Source of the DNA: Planctomycetota bacterium
GTDB lineage: Bacteria; Planctomycetota; UBA1135; UBA2386
NCBI GenBank assembly: GCA_965228735.1
Contig: OZ245838.1
Location: 5,952,001 to 6,016,000 of the forward strand
Reading direction: 5' to 3'
Length of the DNA: 64,000 bases
The notes beneath the pieces are model-generated. The model searched no databases. It saw only the letters and a program-made list of their open reading frames with translations, and was not told where the DNA came from. Below are positions 18,101 to 27,099 of this stretch, in pieces. Position numbers and translations under genes: made by a program. How positions within the stretch are numbered: the first letter of the stretch is position 1; each line of letters starts with the position of its first letter.

Positions 18101-19489
18101 TCAGCGCACGCAGAAGTCGTCGATGGCGAGGTCGCCGTAGAAGAACTGCGAGCCCGCGGTGCCGTTCGTATAGAAGAGCTGGAACTGGACGTTCGCCGGC
18201 AGGCCGCCGCCGAGCGGCAGGCTGACCGGCGTCCAGTAGTCCGGGTCCGACACGGCCGGGCCCGAGAACGAACCGAGCAGCGTCGGGAACGTGCCGAGTC
18301 CGTCGCCCATGTAGACCTCGAGCGTTCCGATGTTCTCGCCGTTGCGGCTGAGCTGGAACGCGACCTCGGTCAGGCCGGCGCTCGGGTAGGTGGCCGTGTT
18401 CATGACGAACGTCGTGCCGAACGTCGCGGGCGAGCTGGCCTCGCAGTACATGTAGTTCCCGGCGCTGAACGCGGCGGCCGGTCCGGTGCCGAACGAGCCC
18501 GTGCCGTTGGCGTCGACCCGCCACTCCTGCTGGCCGCCGCCGTTGCTCCAGCCCGTCGGGTACGACCCGACGCCCTGCGCGAGGCCATCGAAGTCCTCGA
18601 AGTGCGGACAGGCCACGCCGAACAACTCGACCGTGTTGCTCGTGCAGACGACGGGGAACACGCCCGGGTTGTTGACCGTGTCGAGCACGAGGCCCTGCAG
18701 CCGCATCGAGAGCCCGTGGATCAGGAATGCGGCGGGGAACTGGAACGTCTGATCCGGTCCACCGACCGTGTTCGGTGGCAGCAGGATGTCGACGCCCGCG
18801 GGAGTCGAGCCGGCCCAGAGCTGGAACAGCCCGGGAATCGTCGCCGTGTTGCCGATCGGTGCGGGACCCCAGTTGAGCACCGTCGTGGCGAACTGACCGG
18901 TGTAGGTGCTGTTCGGGTCGCTGTAGTTCCAACTCAGGAACTCACCGGCAACGAACGACGTGTCGTTCGCCGACAGGCTGGCTGCGGGCAGTGCGGCATC
19001 AGCCGACGCGACCATCTGGATCCCGAGATCGCAGGTGAGCGTGATGTTGAAGTTGCCGGTGTCGCCGCCGGTCGTGCCGTCGTCCCAGCCGCCGACTCGG
19101 ACGTAGTACAGCGTTCCGGGCGTCGCCGTCCACGCCGCGGTCGACTGCCGGAAGCAGTCGTCGTCGTTGCAGGCCACCGACGTGAGCGCGGTGCAGCCGC
19201 CCGATCCGTCATAGACCTCGATGCAGGTGTCGAAATCGGACCCGCACGTGCTGACGCTGTGGCCGTTGCACTCGGCGACGTAGAGGAACCAGACGTCGTT
19301 GCCGCCGGTGACGCACGAGAACGCGGGTGCCGACGTCGTGCTGCCGACATTGGTGAACGGGCCGTTCGCTCCGAGCGTGATCGGGATGGCGCCCGGGCAA
19401 TCGTCGTTGGGGATCTGCGCGGTCGCAACGCCGGTGATGCCGAGGACCGCGGTGGCGAGGAGCAGGCGGGAATCGAGAGAGAGAAGCAT
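18101..19489 (-). CDS. Secreted protein: PPC-like domain, internal copy of the shared module, MAM-like domain
   Basis: GGAG RBS, signal peptide ending ATA-Q, PNDDC...NDVWF...STCGSDFDT...ACNDD...YYVRVGG; C-terminal W.V...GT...GTGP...GNYMYCEAS...GDLAIDDF (MAM-like). Confidence 0.82.
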   Translation of the reverse strand: MLLSLDSRLLLATAVLGITGVATAQIPNDDCPGAIPITLGANGPFTNVGSTTSAPAFSCVTGGNDVWFLYVAECNGHSVSTCGSDFDTCIEVYDGSGGCTALTSVACNDDDCFRQSTAAWTATPGTLYYVRVGGWDDGTTGGDTGNFNITLTCDLGIQMVASADAALPAASLSANDTSFVAGEFLSWNYSDPNSTYTGQFATTVLNWGPAPIGNTATIPGLFQLWAGSTPAGVDILLPPNTVGGPDQTFQFPAAFLIHGLSMRLQGLVLDTVNNPGVFPVVCTSNTVELFGVACPHFEDFDGLAQGVGSYPTGWSNGGGQQEWRVDANGTGSFGTGPAAAFSAGNYMYCEASSPATFGTTFVMNTATYPSAGLTEVAFQLSRNGENIGTLEVYMGDGLGTFPTLLGSFSGPAVSDPDYWTPVSLPLGGGLPANVQFQLFYTNGTAGSQFFYGDLAIDDFCVR

Positions 19490-19817
19490 GTCGTCTCCAA
19501 TTGCGAGTTGAGAGATGCGCGAGCGCGGCGTGAGGCAGTTTGCACGCGTTCGCGATGCCAGGGCCCAATTCCCCGGCGCGGCCGATCGTATCTCGATCCG
19601 TCGGTGCCCGTCGGGTTCCCGGCCCGAACAGCAGGTCGTCGCCGTGCAGCGCGGAGCTTCGGCCCGGGCAGGATTCCTTGCCGGTGGGTTCGGCGATCGG
19701 CCCAAGTCCAGCTCACCGAGGATCTTCCGCGCTGCGCCGTGCCCGGGTTCGGGCGCCGCGCCCGGCCCGCGTCCCCGCTCGTCGTCGAGCGGGGACGGCG
19801 CGCCGGGCTTGTGGCTC

Positions 19818-21491
19818 TCAGTCGCGGGGCGACGCGGGCTTCGGCGGCTGGTCGTCGCCGGTGTCGGTGATCGCGGCCGCCGACGCCGCATCGCTGTCGT
19901 TGCCGGCTGCGCCGCCGTCGCCCGCGTCGCCTTCGTCCGCGGACGACTCGCCCGCCTTCGGATCGGTGCCGAGCACCTTGCCGAAGAACTCGGGCATCTG
20001 CACGCCGCCGATGTCCTTCATCATGCTGAGCATCGGCGGCAACGTGCTGCCGAGGTTCTGCAGGAAGCCCGATGTGGCCTTGCCGTGCTGGCTGTCCCAG
20101 ACGACGACCTTGTCGAACTTGATGTTGGAGATCGCCTTCGCCGCCGTCTCCGACAGCTGCTCCATGTGCTCGAGCATCAGGAGCTGGAACGCCTGTTGCG
20201 CGCCGCCACAGCCCGCCACGATGCGTTCGAGACCTTCCGCCTTCTTGGCCAGGATCTCGTACTCACCGCGCGCCTGCGCTTCGAGCCTCGCGAACACGGC
20301 TGCGGCTTCACCCTCGGCGACGATGCGGGCCTGCTGGGCCTGCGCCTCGGCGTCGACGATGTCCTTGGCCTTCTCGGCCTTCGCGACCGCTTCGAGCTCG
20401 GCGCGCTTCTCCTGTTCGAGCTTGCCCGCGAGCGCCTCGGCCGCGCGGGCCTCGGCCTGGTATTGGGCCTCGAGAACCGCGGCTTCGGACTCACGCTTTC
20501 GCGTTTCACCGAGTTGGTAGGCCTCGGCTTCTTTGACCGTCAGCGTGGCGTTGGCGTTCGCGACCTCGGCCTTGGACTTGTTCTCGCCGACGACCGCATT
20601 GGCGTTGGCCTCGGCGACGGCGATGCGCATCTCGCGCTCGCGGTCTTTGACCTTGGCTTCCTGTTCGAACGCCGCGGTCTGCTGGCCGACGATCGTGTCG
20701 CGCGTGAGCGCTGCGACCGTGACCTCGCGGTCACGCTCGGCCTGCTTCGTGCCGATGTCGCGGTCCTTCTCGGCGACCGAGACCTCGATCGCCTGCACAC
20801 GCTGCGCCTCCGCGACGCCGATCGCGCCCTTCTTCTGCTGCTCGGCGACGTCGATCTCGGCCTGTTGGATCGCTTCGGACGCGGCCTTGCGGCCGATGGC
20901 CTCGATGTAGCCCGACTCGTCGGTGATGTCGGTGATGTTCACGTTGATCAGCACGAGGCCGATCTTCACGAGTTCACCCTCGAGCGAGGTCTGGATGTTC
21001 TCGAGGAACTTGTCGCGGTCGCGGTTGATCTCCTCGATGCCCATCGACGCAATGACCTGACGCAGCTGTCCGAAGATGATGTCCTCGGCCTGCTTCATGA
21101 TGTCCTGCGTCTTGAGGCCGAGCAGGCGGATCGCCGCGTTCTGCATCACGTGTTCGTCCGTGCCGATCGCGACGGTGAACACGCTGGGCACGTTGACGCG
21201 GATGTTCTCGATCGACAGCGCGCCGCGCAGCGGCACCTCGATCTGGATCGGGTCGAGGTTGAGATAGTCGTACGACTGGATCAGCGGTACGACGAACGCG
21301 CCGCCACCGTGCAGGCAGCGCGACGACGTGCCGGACCGCACGCGGCCGTAGATGACTAGGATCTTGTTGCTCGGGCAGCGTTTGTACTGCTTGGCGAGCA
21401 TGAGGAAGAAGAGCAGACCGAACAGCACGGCCGCGGCCACCATGAGCCCGGTCCAGCCGCCAATCGAATCGACGAATCCCTGCAGCAGCAT
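19818..21491 (-). CDS. Flotillin family protein
   Basis: N-terminal TM, YKRCPSNKILVIYG, HGGGAFVVPLIQ, GQLRQVIA, INVNITDITD, Ala/Glu-rich coiled coil, IKFDKVVVWD. Confidence 0.93.
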   Translation of the reverse strand: MLLQGFVDSIGGWTGLMVAAAVLFGLLFFLMLAKQYKRCPSNKILVIYGRVRSGTSSRCLHGGGAFVVPLIQSYDYLNLDPIQIEVPLRGALSIENIRVNVPSVFTVAIGTDEHVMQNAAIRLLGLKTQDIMKQAEDIIFGQLRQVIASMGIEEINRDRDKFLENIQTSLEGELVKIGLVLINVNITDITDESGYIEAIGRKAASEAIQQAEIDVAEQQKKGAIGVAEAQRVQAIEVSVAEKDRDIGTKQAERDREVTVAALTRDTIVGQQTAAFEQEAKVKDREREMRIAVAEANANAVVGENKSKAEVANANATLTVKEAEAYQLGETRKRESEAAVLEAQYQAEARAAEALAGKLEQEKRAELEAVAKAEKAKDIVDAEAQAQQARIVAEGEAAAVFARLEAQARGEYEILAKKAEGLERIVAGCGGAQQAFQLLMLEHMEQLSETAAKAISNIKFDKVVVWDSQHGKATSGFLQNLGSTLPPMLSMMKDIGGVQMPEFFGKVLGTDPKAGESSADEGDAGDGGAAGNDSDAASAAAITDTGDDQPPKPASPRD

Positions 21492-22048
21492 CAGTTCTCC
21501 TGTTGAATGCGCGTGACCTCGAACGTGCCGGGTGCCGTCACGCGCTGCACCACGACCTCGGTTCCCGTCGGAATCTCTTCGCCGCCCGTCACCGCGCGGC
21601 GCGACAGCAGCCGCCCGCCGACGACGACGGTGATCTTGCCCGAGCCCGAGTGGTTTGCCGGCACGCGCAGCTCGACCTTCGCCGTGCTGCCGATCGCCGT
21701 ATTTGGGTCGACGTTGCCCTGTGACTGCAGCGAACGCATCCACTGCATGAGCTTGCCGACCATGAAGAACGCGAGCGAGCCGGCGCCCAGCGCGATCAAG
21801 AACGCGACCGTCGTGGTCGCGCCGGCCTCGAGCGACGCCATGCCGGCGAGACCGAAGAACGTTACGAACGCCGTGATCGTCTTGAGCGACAGCTCGAAGA
21901 GCACGCTCGTCGCTTCGATGTCCGACGCATCGACATCGGGCGATGCGTCGGCGTCGAACTCCGAGTCGCCACCCATGACTGCCATCAGCAGCATGAGCAC
22001 GAGCAGGCCGCCGCCGATCGCGGCGCAGTACAGATAGACGTTTTCCAT
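21491..22048 (-). CDS. NfeD-like membrane protein (flotillin partner)
   Basis: Three hydrophobic segments plus an OB-fold-like tail IGSTAKVELRVP...GKI...IPTGTEVVV; abuts the flotillin start. Confidence 0.85.
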   Translation of the reverse strand: MENVYLYCAAIGGGLLVLMLLMAVMGGDSEFDADASPDVDASDIEATSVLFELSLKTITAFVTFFGLAGMASLEAGATTTVAFLIALGAGSLAFFMVGKLMQWMRSLQSQGNVDPNTAIGSTAKVELRVPANHSGSGKITVVVGGRLLSRRAVTGGEEIPTGTEVVVQRVTAPGTFEVTRIQQEN

Positions 22049-22296
22049 GCGATTCCCGGTGGGGGCAGCCGGCAACGGTTGCACCGGCGAACACCCAGGT
22101 TGTAGCCGGGATCGGACGCGGACCCGTCGTTCACTCGCGCATTCGCGACGAGTTCGCGGGCTGGATCTCTCCTCAGGCGGGGGCTGCGTTTCGCTGCCGA
22201 CCTCGGCCTTGATTCGTGGCCGAAGCGGTCGTCAGACTGTCGCCGATTTGCCGCCGTGATTCGCGAGGGCGATGCGCTGGGCGCGACCGCAGCGGC

Positions 22297-24399
22297 TCAG
22301 CGCCGGTGGCCACGATGGCCGCCGAAGCGACCCGTGCGGCCACGTTCGAAGCCATCGCGGTTGCCGCCATCACGCCCGTCGTCGCGCGTGATGAACAGGT
22401 GCGGATCGCGTTGGTCGCGCGTGCGCACACGTTCGGCGAACTGCTGCGCCACACTGCTGTCGATCAGGAACGTGCTGCCGTGCGAGTCCATCTCGATCGA
22501 GCCGACCATGCGGTTGTCGACCCCGCCGCGTCGGCACACGTGCGCGAGAATGCGGCGCGGATTGGCTCCGCCGCGGAAGCCCCAGTTGATGCGGAACCGC
22601 GTGAATCCCGCGGTGTCGCGAGGATCGATTCCCCGACGGGGATGCTCGGTCTCGCGTTGTGCGAACGGCACGCGTTCGGGGCGGTCGGCCTTGTTGCGCC
22701 GCGGCCGCTCGGTCGGCGCCGGGCTCTCGTCGAGCTCGAACGGCGCGCGCGTCGTCGCCATGCGCTGACGCAGCATCACCGCGACGACCTCGGTCGGGTC
22801 GCGGTCACCGAGCACGTCACGCGCAGCGGCCGTGAGGTTCGGGTGGATGCCGTGGCCGCCGTCGATCTCCTTCTGCACGGCGGCCTTGGCGGCCGTCAGC
22901 TTGTGATCGTAGACCGCGTCGCGGCCTGGCACGCTGGCCCAGCGCGGCTCGACGCGCGCCTGCTTGTACAGATACCCGGCCCGGCCGGCCGCGCGCTTTG
23001 GCACGAACATCGCGCTCTGGCCCTTGTTGCCCGCACGCCCCGTGCGGCCGCTGCGGTGCACGTAGGTCGGGCCGTCGATCGGCAGGTGCACGTGCACCAC
23101 GAGCGTCACCGAATCGATGTCGAGCCCGCGCGCCGCGACGTCGGTCGCGATCAGGGTGCGCACCGAACCGCGCTTGAACGCGTCGAGCGTGCGCGTGCGC
23201 TGGCGCTGCGCGAGGTCGCCATTGAGCGGCATCGCGGAGAAGCCGTCGGCGTAGAGCCGGTCGGCGAGCGTGACCGTGTCTTCGCGCGTGCGGACGAAGA
23301 CCAGCGTGCGATCGTCGCCGGCCATGAGCAGCAGGTTGACGAGCGCGGCGTAGTGCTCGCGGCTGCCGATGCGATACGCGATGTGCTCGATGTCCGCGTG
23401 GGCGGCGTCGAGCGCGGTGCCGGCGATCGCGAGCGGGTCGCGCTGGAAGCGATCGGCGAGGTCGCGGACGGCGCGCGGGAACGTTGCCGAGACGAGGTGG
23501 GTACGCCGTTCTTCGGGCACGTGCTCGAGGATGCCGTCGAGCTCGTCCTTGAAGCCGAGGTCGAGCATCTGGTCGGCCTCGTCGAGCACGAGCTGACGCA
23601 CGCTCTCGACGGACAGAGCACCGCTCGACAGGTGATCGAGCAACCGGCCCGGCGTCGCGACGAGCACGTGCGGCCGCCGGCGCAGTCGGGAGATCTCGGC
23701 CTGGACGCTCGTGCCGCCGGTAACGACGTCGCAGCGCACGCCCGGCAGATCCGCGAACAGCCACGTGAGCTCGTCCTTGACCTGGGTCGCGAGCTCGCGG
23801 GTCGGCGCGATGACGAGCGTCGTCGGGCCGAGGCGCGCGTCGTCCTCGACGTTGCCCGCGAGCGCGAAGCCGATCGCGACCGTCTTGCCCGAGCCGGTCT
23901 GCGACGACACGCGCAGATCGCGCCGGCCGTCGTCGGCGTCGGCGATCGCCTGCTGCACTTCCGTCAAGCTCTCGAACCCGCGGCGGATCAGCGCGGGAAC
24001 GAGCGCGGCCGGGGCGTTCTCGATCTCGTTCGGCTCGGGCTCGTCCGTCACCGGACCCTGCGACCAGTCGTCATCCGCGGTGTCGTCGGCGTCGGAGTCG
24101 CTGGCCTCGGGTTCGCTGGCCTCGGGTTCGCTGGCCTCGGGTTCGCTGGCCTCGGGTTCGCTGGCCTCGGGTTCGCTGGCCTCGGGTTCGCTGGCCTCGG
24201 GTTCGCTGGCCTCGGGTTCGCTGGCCTCGGGTTCGCTGGCCTCGGTGCCATCAGCCTGCGGCGATGGCACCTCGGTTCGAAGACCGGCCGATTCAAGGCC
24301 GGCCAATTCAAGGCCAGTCGGTTCGCCGGTGTCGTCGCCGTCGTGGCCGGCGGGGTTGGCAGTGGGCTCGGCCGGTGCCGACGCGGATCCTGGGTACAT
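22297..24399 (-). CDS. DEAD-box RNA helicase with DbpA-type RNA-binding domain and acidic repetitive N-terminus
   Basis: QTGSGKT, PTRELA, TPGRL, DEAD, SAT, ARGLD, HRSGRTGR; GGGGAG RBS before MYPGS. Confidence 0.93.
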   Translation of the reverse strand: MYPGSASAPAEPTANPAGHDGDDTGEPTGLELAGLESAGLRTEVPSPQADGTEASEPEASEPEASEPEASEPEASEPEASEPEASEPEASEPEASEPEASDSDADDTADDDWSQGPVTDEPEPNEIENAPAALVPALIRRGFESLTEVQQAIADADDGRRDLRVSSQTGSGKTVAIGFALAGNVEDDARLGPTTLVIAPTRELATQVKDELTWLFADLPGVRCDVVTGGTSVQAEISRLRRRPHVLVATPGRLLDHLSSGALSVESVRQLVLDEADQMLDLGFKDELDGILEHVPEERRTHLVSATFPRAVRDLADRFQRDPLAIAGTALDAAHADIEHIAYRIGSREHYAALVNLLLMAGDDRTLVFVRTREDTVTLADRLYADGFSAMPLNGDLAQRQRTRTLDAFKRGSVRTLIATDVAARGLDIDSVTLVVHVHLPIDGPTYVHRSGRTGRAGNKGQSAMFVPKRAAGRAGYLYKQARVEPRWASVPGRDAVYDHKLTAAKAAVQKEIDGGHGIHPNLTAAARDVLGDRDPTEVVAVMLRQRMATTRAPFELDESPAPTERPRRNKADRPERVPFAQRETEHPRRGIDPRDTAGFTRFRINWGFRGGANPRRILAHVCRRGGVDNRMVGSIEMDSHGSTFLIDSSVAQQFAERVRTRDQRDPHLFITRDDGRDGGNRDGFERGRTGRFGGHRGHRR
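24098..24245. repeat. Perfect 15-bp tandem repeat (TCGCTGGCCTCGGGT) x~9.9 encoding (EPEAS)n
   Basis: Directly visible, identical units, in frame within the helicase N-terminus. Confidence 0.97.
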
Positions 24400-24570
24400 C
24401 CGAACAATTCTCCCCAAAAGCAGGGCGAGCGCAATGCAGCGTTCGCGCGGGCCTGCCGGCCGGGAACACCGGATTCGGTGGTTCTCGGTTCACCGGGCCA
24501 TGTTACCGGCGACTTCGTAGCGGCCCGAAATCGCGACGATTCCCGGTCTCGGCGCCGTATTGCTGGCCCG

Positions 24571-25071
24571 ATGCAGGTCCGGCCCGAAGAAGCCGCGGAC
24601 CGCGCCGCGATCCGCGCGGTGCACGCCGCGGCGTTCCCGACCGACGCCGAGGCCGGGCTCGTCGATCGTTTGCGAGTGAACGGCCGGCTGACCATCGGGC
24701 TCGTCGCGGCGGTCGACGACGCGATCGTCGGCCACGTCGCGTTCAGTCCGGTGTCGGTCGCGGGCCGGTCGACGGGTGGACTCGGCCTCGCGCCGCTGGC
24801 CGTGCTGCCATCCCAGCAACGGCATGGCGTCGGGTCGCAGCTCGTTCGAGCCGGCCTCGCGAAGTGCCATGAACTCGGCGCTCCGTTCGTCGTGCTCCTG
24901 GGGCACCCGGAGTACTACCCGCGATTCGGGTTCCGCGTCGCGTCGACGTTCGGCCTCGACAACGAGTACGGCGCGACCGACTCGTTCTTCGCGATCGAAC
25001 TGCAGCCCGGCGGCGTTCCGCCCGGCGGCGGCATGGTCCGCTACGCGCCGGAGTTCGCGGAGCCCGGGTAA
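24571..25071 (+). CDS. GNAT N-acetyltransferase, YhbS-like
   Basis: IVGHVAFSPV, LAPLAVLPSQQRHGVGSQL, VLLGHPEYYPRFGF. Confidence 0.9.
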   Translation: MQVRPEEAADRAAIRAVHAAAFPTDAEAGLVDRLRVNGRLTIGLVAAVDDAIVGHVAFSPVSVAGRSTGGLGLAPLAVLPSQQRHGVGSQLVRAGLAKCHELGAPFVVLLGHPEYYPRFGFRVASTFGLDNEYGATDSFFAIELQPGGVPPGGGMVRYAPEFAEPG

Positions 25072-25218
25072 CCGTACGCGAGCCGAACGCGGCGGCGGCT
25101 CATCGCATCCTGCGGTGGCCGCGACGTTCCTGTCGTGACCGCTCAGAACCGAAGCGGCGCTCCGAAGCAGCGCGGCGAGGTCCTCGGCAAGTTTGCTCCC
25201 GAAGCGGACGACCTTGCT

Positions 25219-26367
25219 TCAGAAGTGAACGTACGCGTTCGGGTTGCTCAACGCGATCGTGCCACTCGAATCGAGCACGGCGCCTTGCCAGGTGATCTGG
25301 ATGCCGATGACCCAGTTGGCGTTCGGTACCGGGTAGCCTCCGGTGACGCTCGGAGCTCCCCCGATCGCGTGAACCGAGAAGCCCGGCTCGAGCCAAGCCG
25401 AATCGAGAGTCACGGGAAGCGCGTAGGGCGCGGCCGCGAAGCCGACGCATAACGCGCCGGTGTCCGTCCCCGCGACGGCGAGCGTCGCCGAAGCCGTTCC
25501 GCCGCGGAATTGTGTCGCGGCGTCGAGGCGAGGAATCATGCGCGTGGTCACCGCGATCCCTGGGCCGTACGCCTGAGTCGCAACCGCGGAGAAGCTCGTG
25601 CTCGGATCGACGATGGCCGTGCCGGTGCCCCAGACCGCTGGACTCGGCGGCGCCATGAACATCGTTGCGCCGACGACCTCGGTATCGCTCGACATCACGA
25701 ACACTCCGCCGTGCATGTCGACGAGTCCCGGAACGCCGAACCCGTTGTGCTCCATTCGGCAATCGCTGACGTGGACCAGGCCGCCGGTCTGATCGAAGAC
25801 CTCCCACGGGCTCCGCAGGAGGCAGCCGGTCAGCGTGAGGTTCGATTGCTCGACCTCGATGGTCGGGTACGAGATCTGGCCGGGGCGAATGCAGCAGTTG
25901 CGGAGGAAGATCCGGTCGCAGGATCGGGCATATAGCGCGCCGGCCCAGTAGTTGATCGTCGGATCCGTGACGCACGAATCGAACACGATGGTGCCGGCGC
26001 AGTCCTCGCAATCGAGTCGGCCGGGGTAGGTCGTTTGCGTCCACGAGATTCGGCGCAGTGAGACGAACTGGTCGGTGCCGAGGTCGGCAATCCGGATCGT
26101 CGGGCTGGTCGCGTTCTCGACGAGAACCCCGGCTCGCCCGATCAAGGTCAAGCTCTTCCCGACGATCTCGAAGCCGGTGTACGTCCCGGACTCGATGATC
26201 AGGGTTGCGCCATCGGGGACAGCGGTGACTGCGGCTGCGATCGACGTGAAATCGGTGCCGGGGCCGTTGTTGATGTCGACCCGGAACACCTGAGCCTCGG
26301 CGCTGGCGAGCAGGGTGAACAGGGCCGTCAGGGTTGCCACGAACGAACGAGATGTTGCGGTGATCAT
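25219..26367 (-). CDS. Secreted beta-helix (pectin-lyase-like) protein with the shared C-terminal module
   Basis: Signal peptide ending AEA-Q, DFTSIAAAV...GATLIIESGTY N-cap, beta-helix-like repeats, ends VPNANWVIGIQITWQGAVLD...ALSNP. Confidence 0.78.
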   Translation of the reverse strand: MITATSRSFVATLTALFTLLASAEAQVFRVDINNGPGTDFTSIAAAVTAVPDGATLIIESGTYTGFEIVGKSLTLIGRAGVLVENATSPTIRIADLGTDQFVSLRRISWTQTTYPGRLDCEDCAGTIVFDSCVTDPTINYWAGALYARSCDRIFLRNCCIRPGQISYPTIEVEQSNLTLTGCLLRSPWEVFDQTGGLVHVSDCRMEHNGFGVPGLVDMHGGVFVMSSDTEVVGATMFMAPPSPAVWGTGTAIVDPSTSFSAVATQAYGPGIAVTTRMIPRLDAATQFRGGTASATLAVAGTDTGALCVGFAAAPYALPVTLDSAWLEPGFSVHAIGGAPSVTGGYPVPNANWVIGIQITWQGAVLDSSGTIALSNPNAYVHF

Positions 26368-26512
26368 GATCGCGGCAGATCCTAACCCCGCGGTCCGGTT
26401 CGGTGCCGCCGCCCGGCCTCGCAGAGCGGGCGCGGTGGCATGATCGCATGCAGAAGGTCATGTTCGCGTCTGCTTGCAGGCCCGACGCGGGGCCGAAGCC
26501 TAGAATGTGGTC

Positions 26513-26809
26513 ATGAGGAAGGTCCCCTTGATTGGCCTCTCGTTGATCGCCGGCGCCGCGCTGCTCCTGGCAGCGACCATGCAGGAGGCGACCGCGAATC
26601 GGCGGGTCGCGAAGACCTACGGCGATCGGATCGCGCCGTTGATCGGCCAGCGATTCAATCGTTCGTCGCCGCGGGGAACGATGCGTCAGCATGCCGACGG
26701 GTACCTGAAACTGGTGGCGGTCGGAGTCGACTACGTGGAGTTCGAGTCCGAACAGGGGATCGACCTCTACCCGCTGGGTGAGTGCTTCTTCATCCGGCTC
26801 GCGAAGTGA
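26513..26809 (+). CDS. Small hypothetical exported protein
   Basis: Hydrophobic N-terminus, LVAVGVDYVEF...YPL; TAGAAT 6 bp upstream of ATG. Confidence 0.6.
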   Translation: MRKVPLIGLSLIAGAALLLAATMQEATANRRVAKTYGDRIAPLIGQRFNRSSPRGTMRQHADGYLKLVAVGVDYVEFESEQGIDLYPLGECFFIRLAK

Positions 26810-27099
26810 TCGATGCAGCGCGCGACGTGAGACAACCCGATCGTTCGTCCAGCGTGCCCCACGACTCAGGGGCGTGCGGCAGGCGCCAGCTCGAGCGTCG
26901 CGCCGACCGAGACGACCACACGCATGACATCAGTATCCTGGCTGTCTGCAAACGCTGATCAGCTCGAGCCAGCCCTGCCACCGACGAGCGGCAGCTGGGC
27001 GTCGGTGGCCGCCGCCTCGTCGAACTGACGCCGCGGCTTACGGCTTTTCGGACTTTGGCCGCGAATCCGAGGACGCGCTATCGCTACCCGGTGAGCATC

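Noticed and set aside
19490..19817. 330-bp intergenic region as a riboswitch or ncRNA
   Set aside because: No cobalamin, c-di-GMP or other conserved motif recognised by eye; an Rfam scan would be needed
22049..22296. 250-bp gap upstream of nfeD as a small gene or ncRNA
   Set aside because: No ORF with convincing codon bias and no recognisable structure
24098..24245. Tandem repeat as a CRISPR array
   Set aside because: No spacers, 15-bp unit, in frame within a CDS, no cas genes
25149..25207. CCGAAGC occurring three times between convergent genes
   Set aside because: Short, irregularly spaced and plausible by chance at this GC content
26810..27090. Possible small ORF or pseudogene in the gap
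   Set aside because: Candidate frames have poor GC3 bias and no motif
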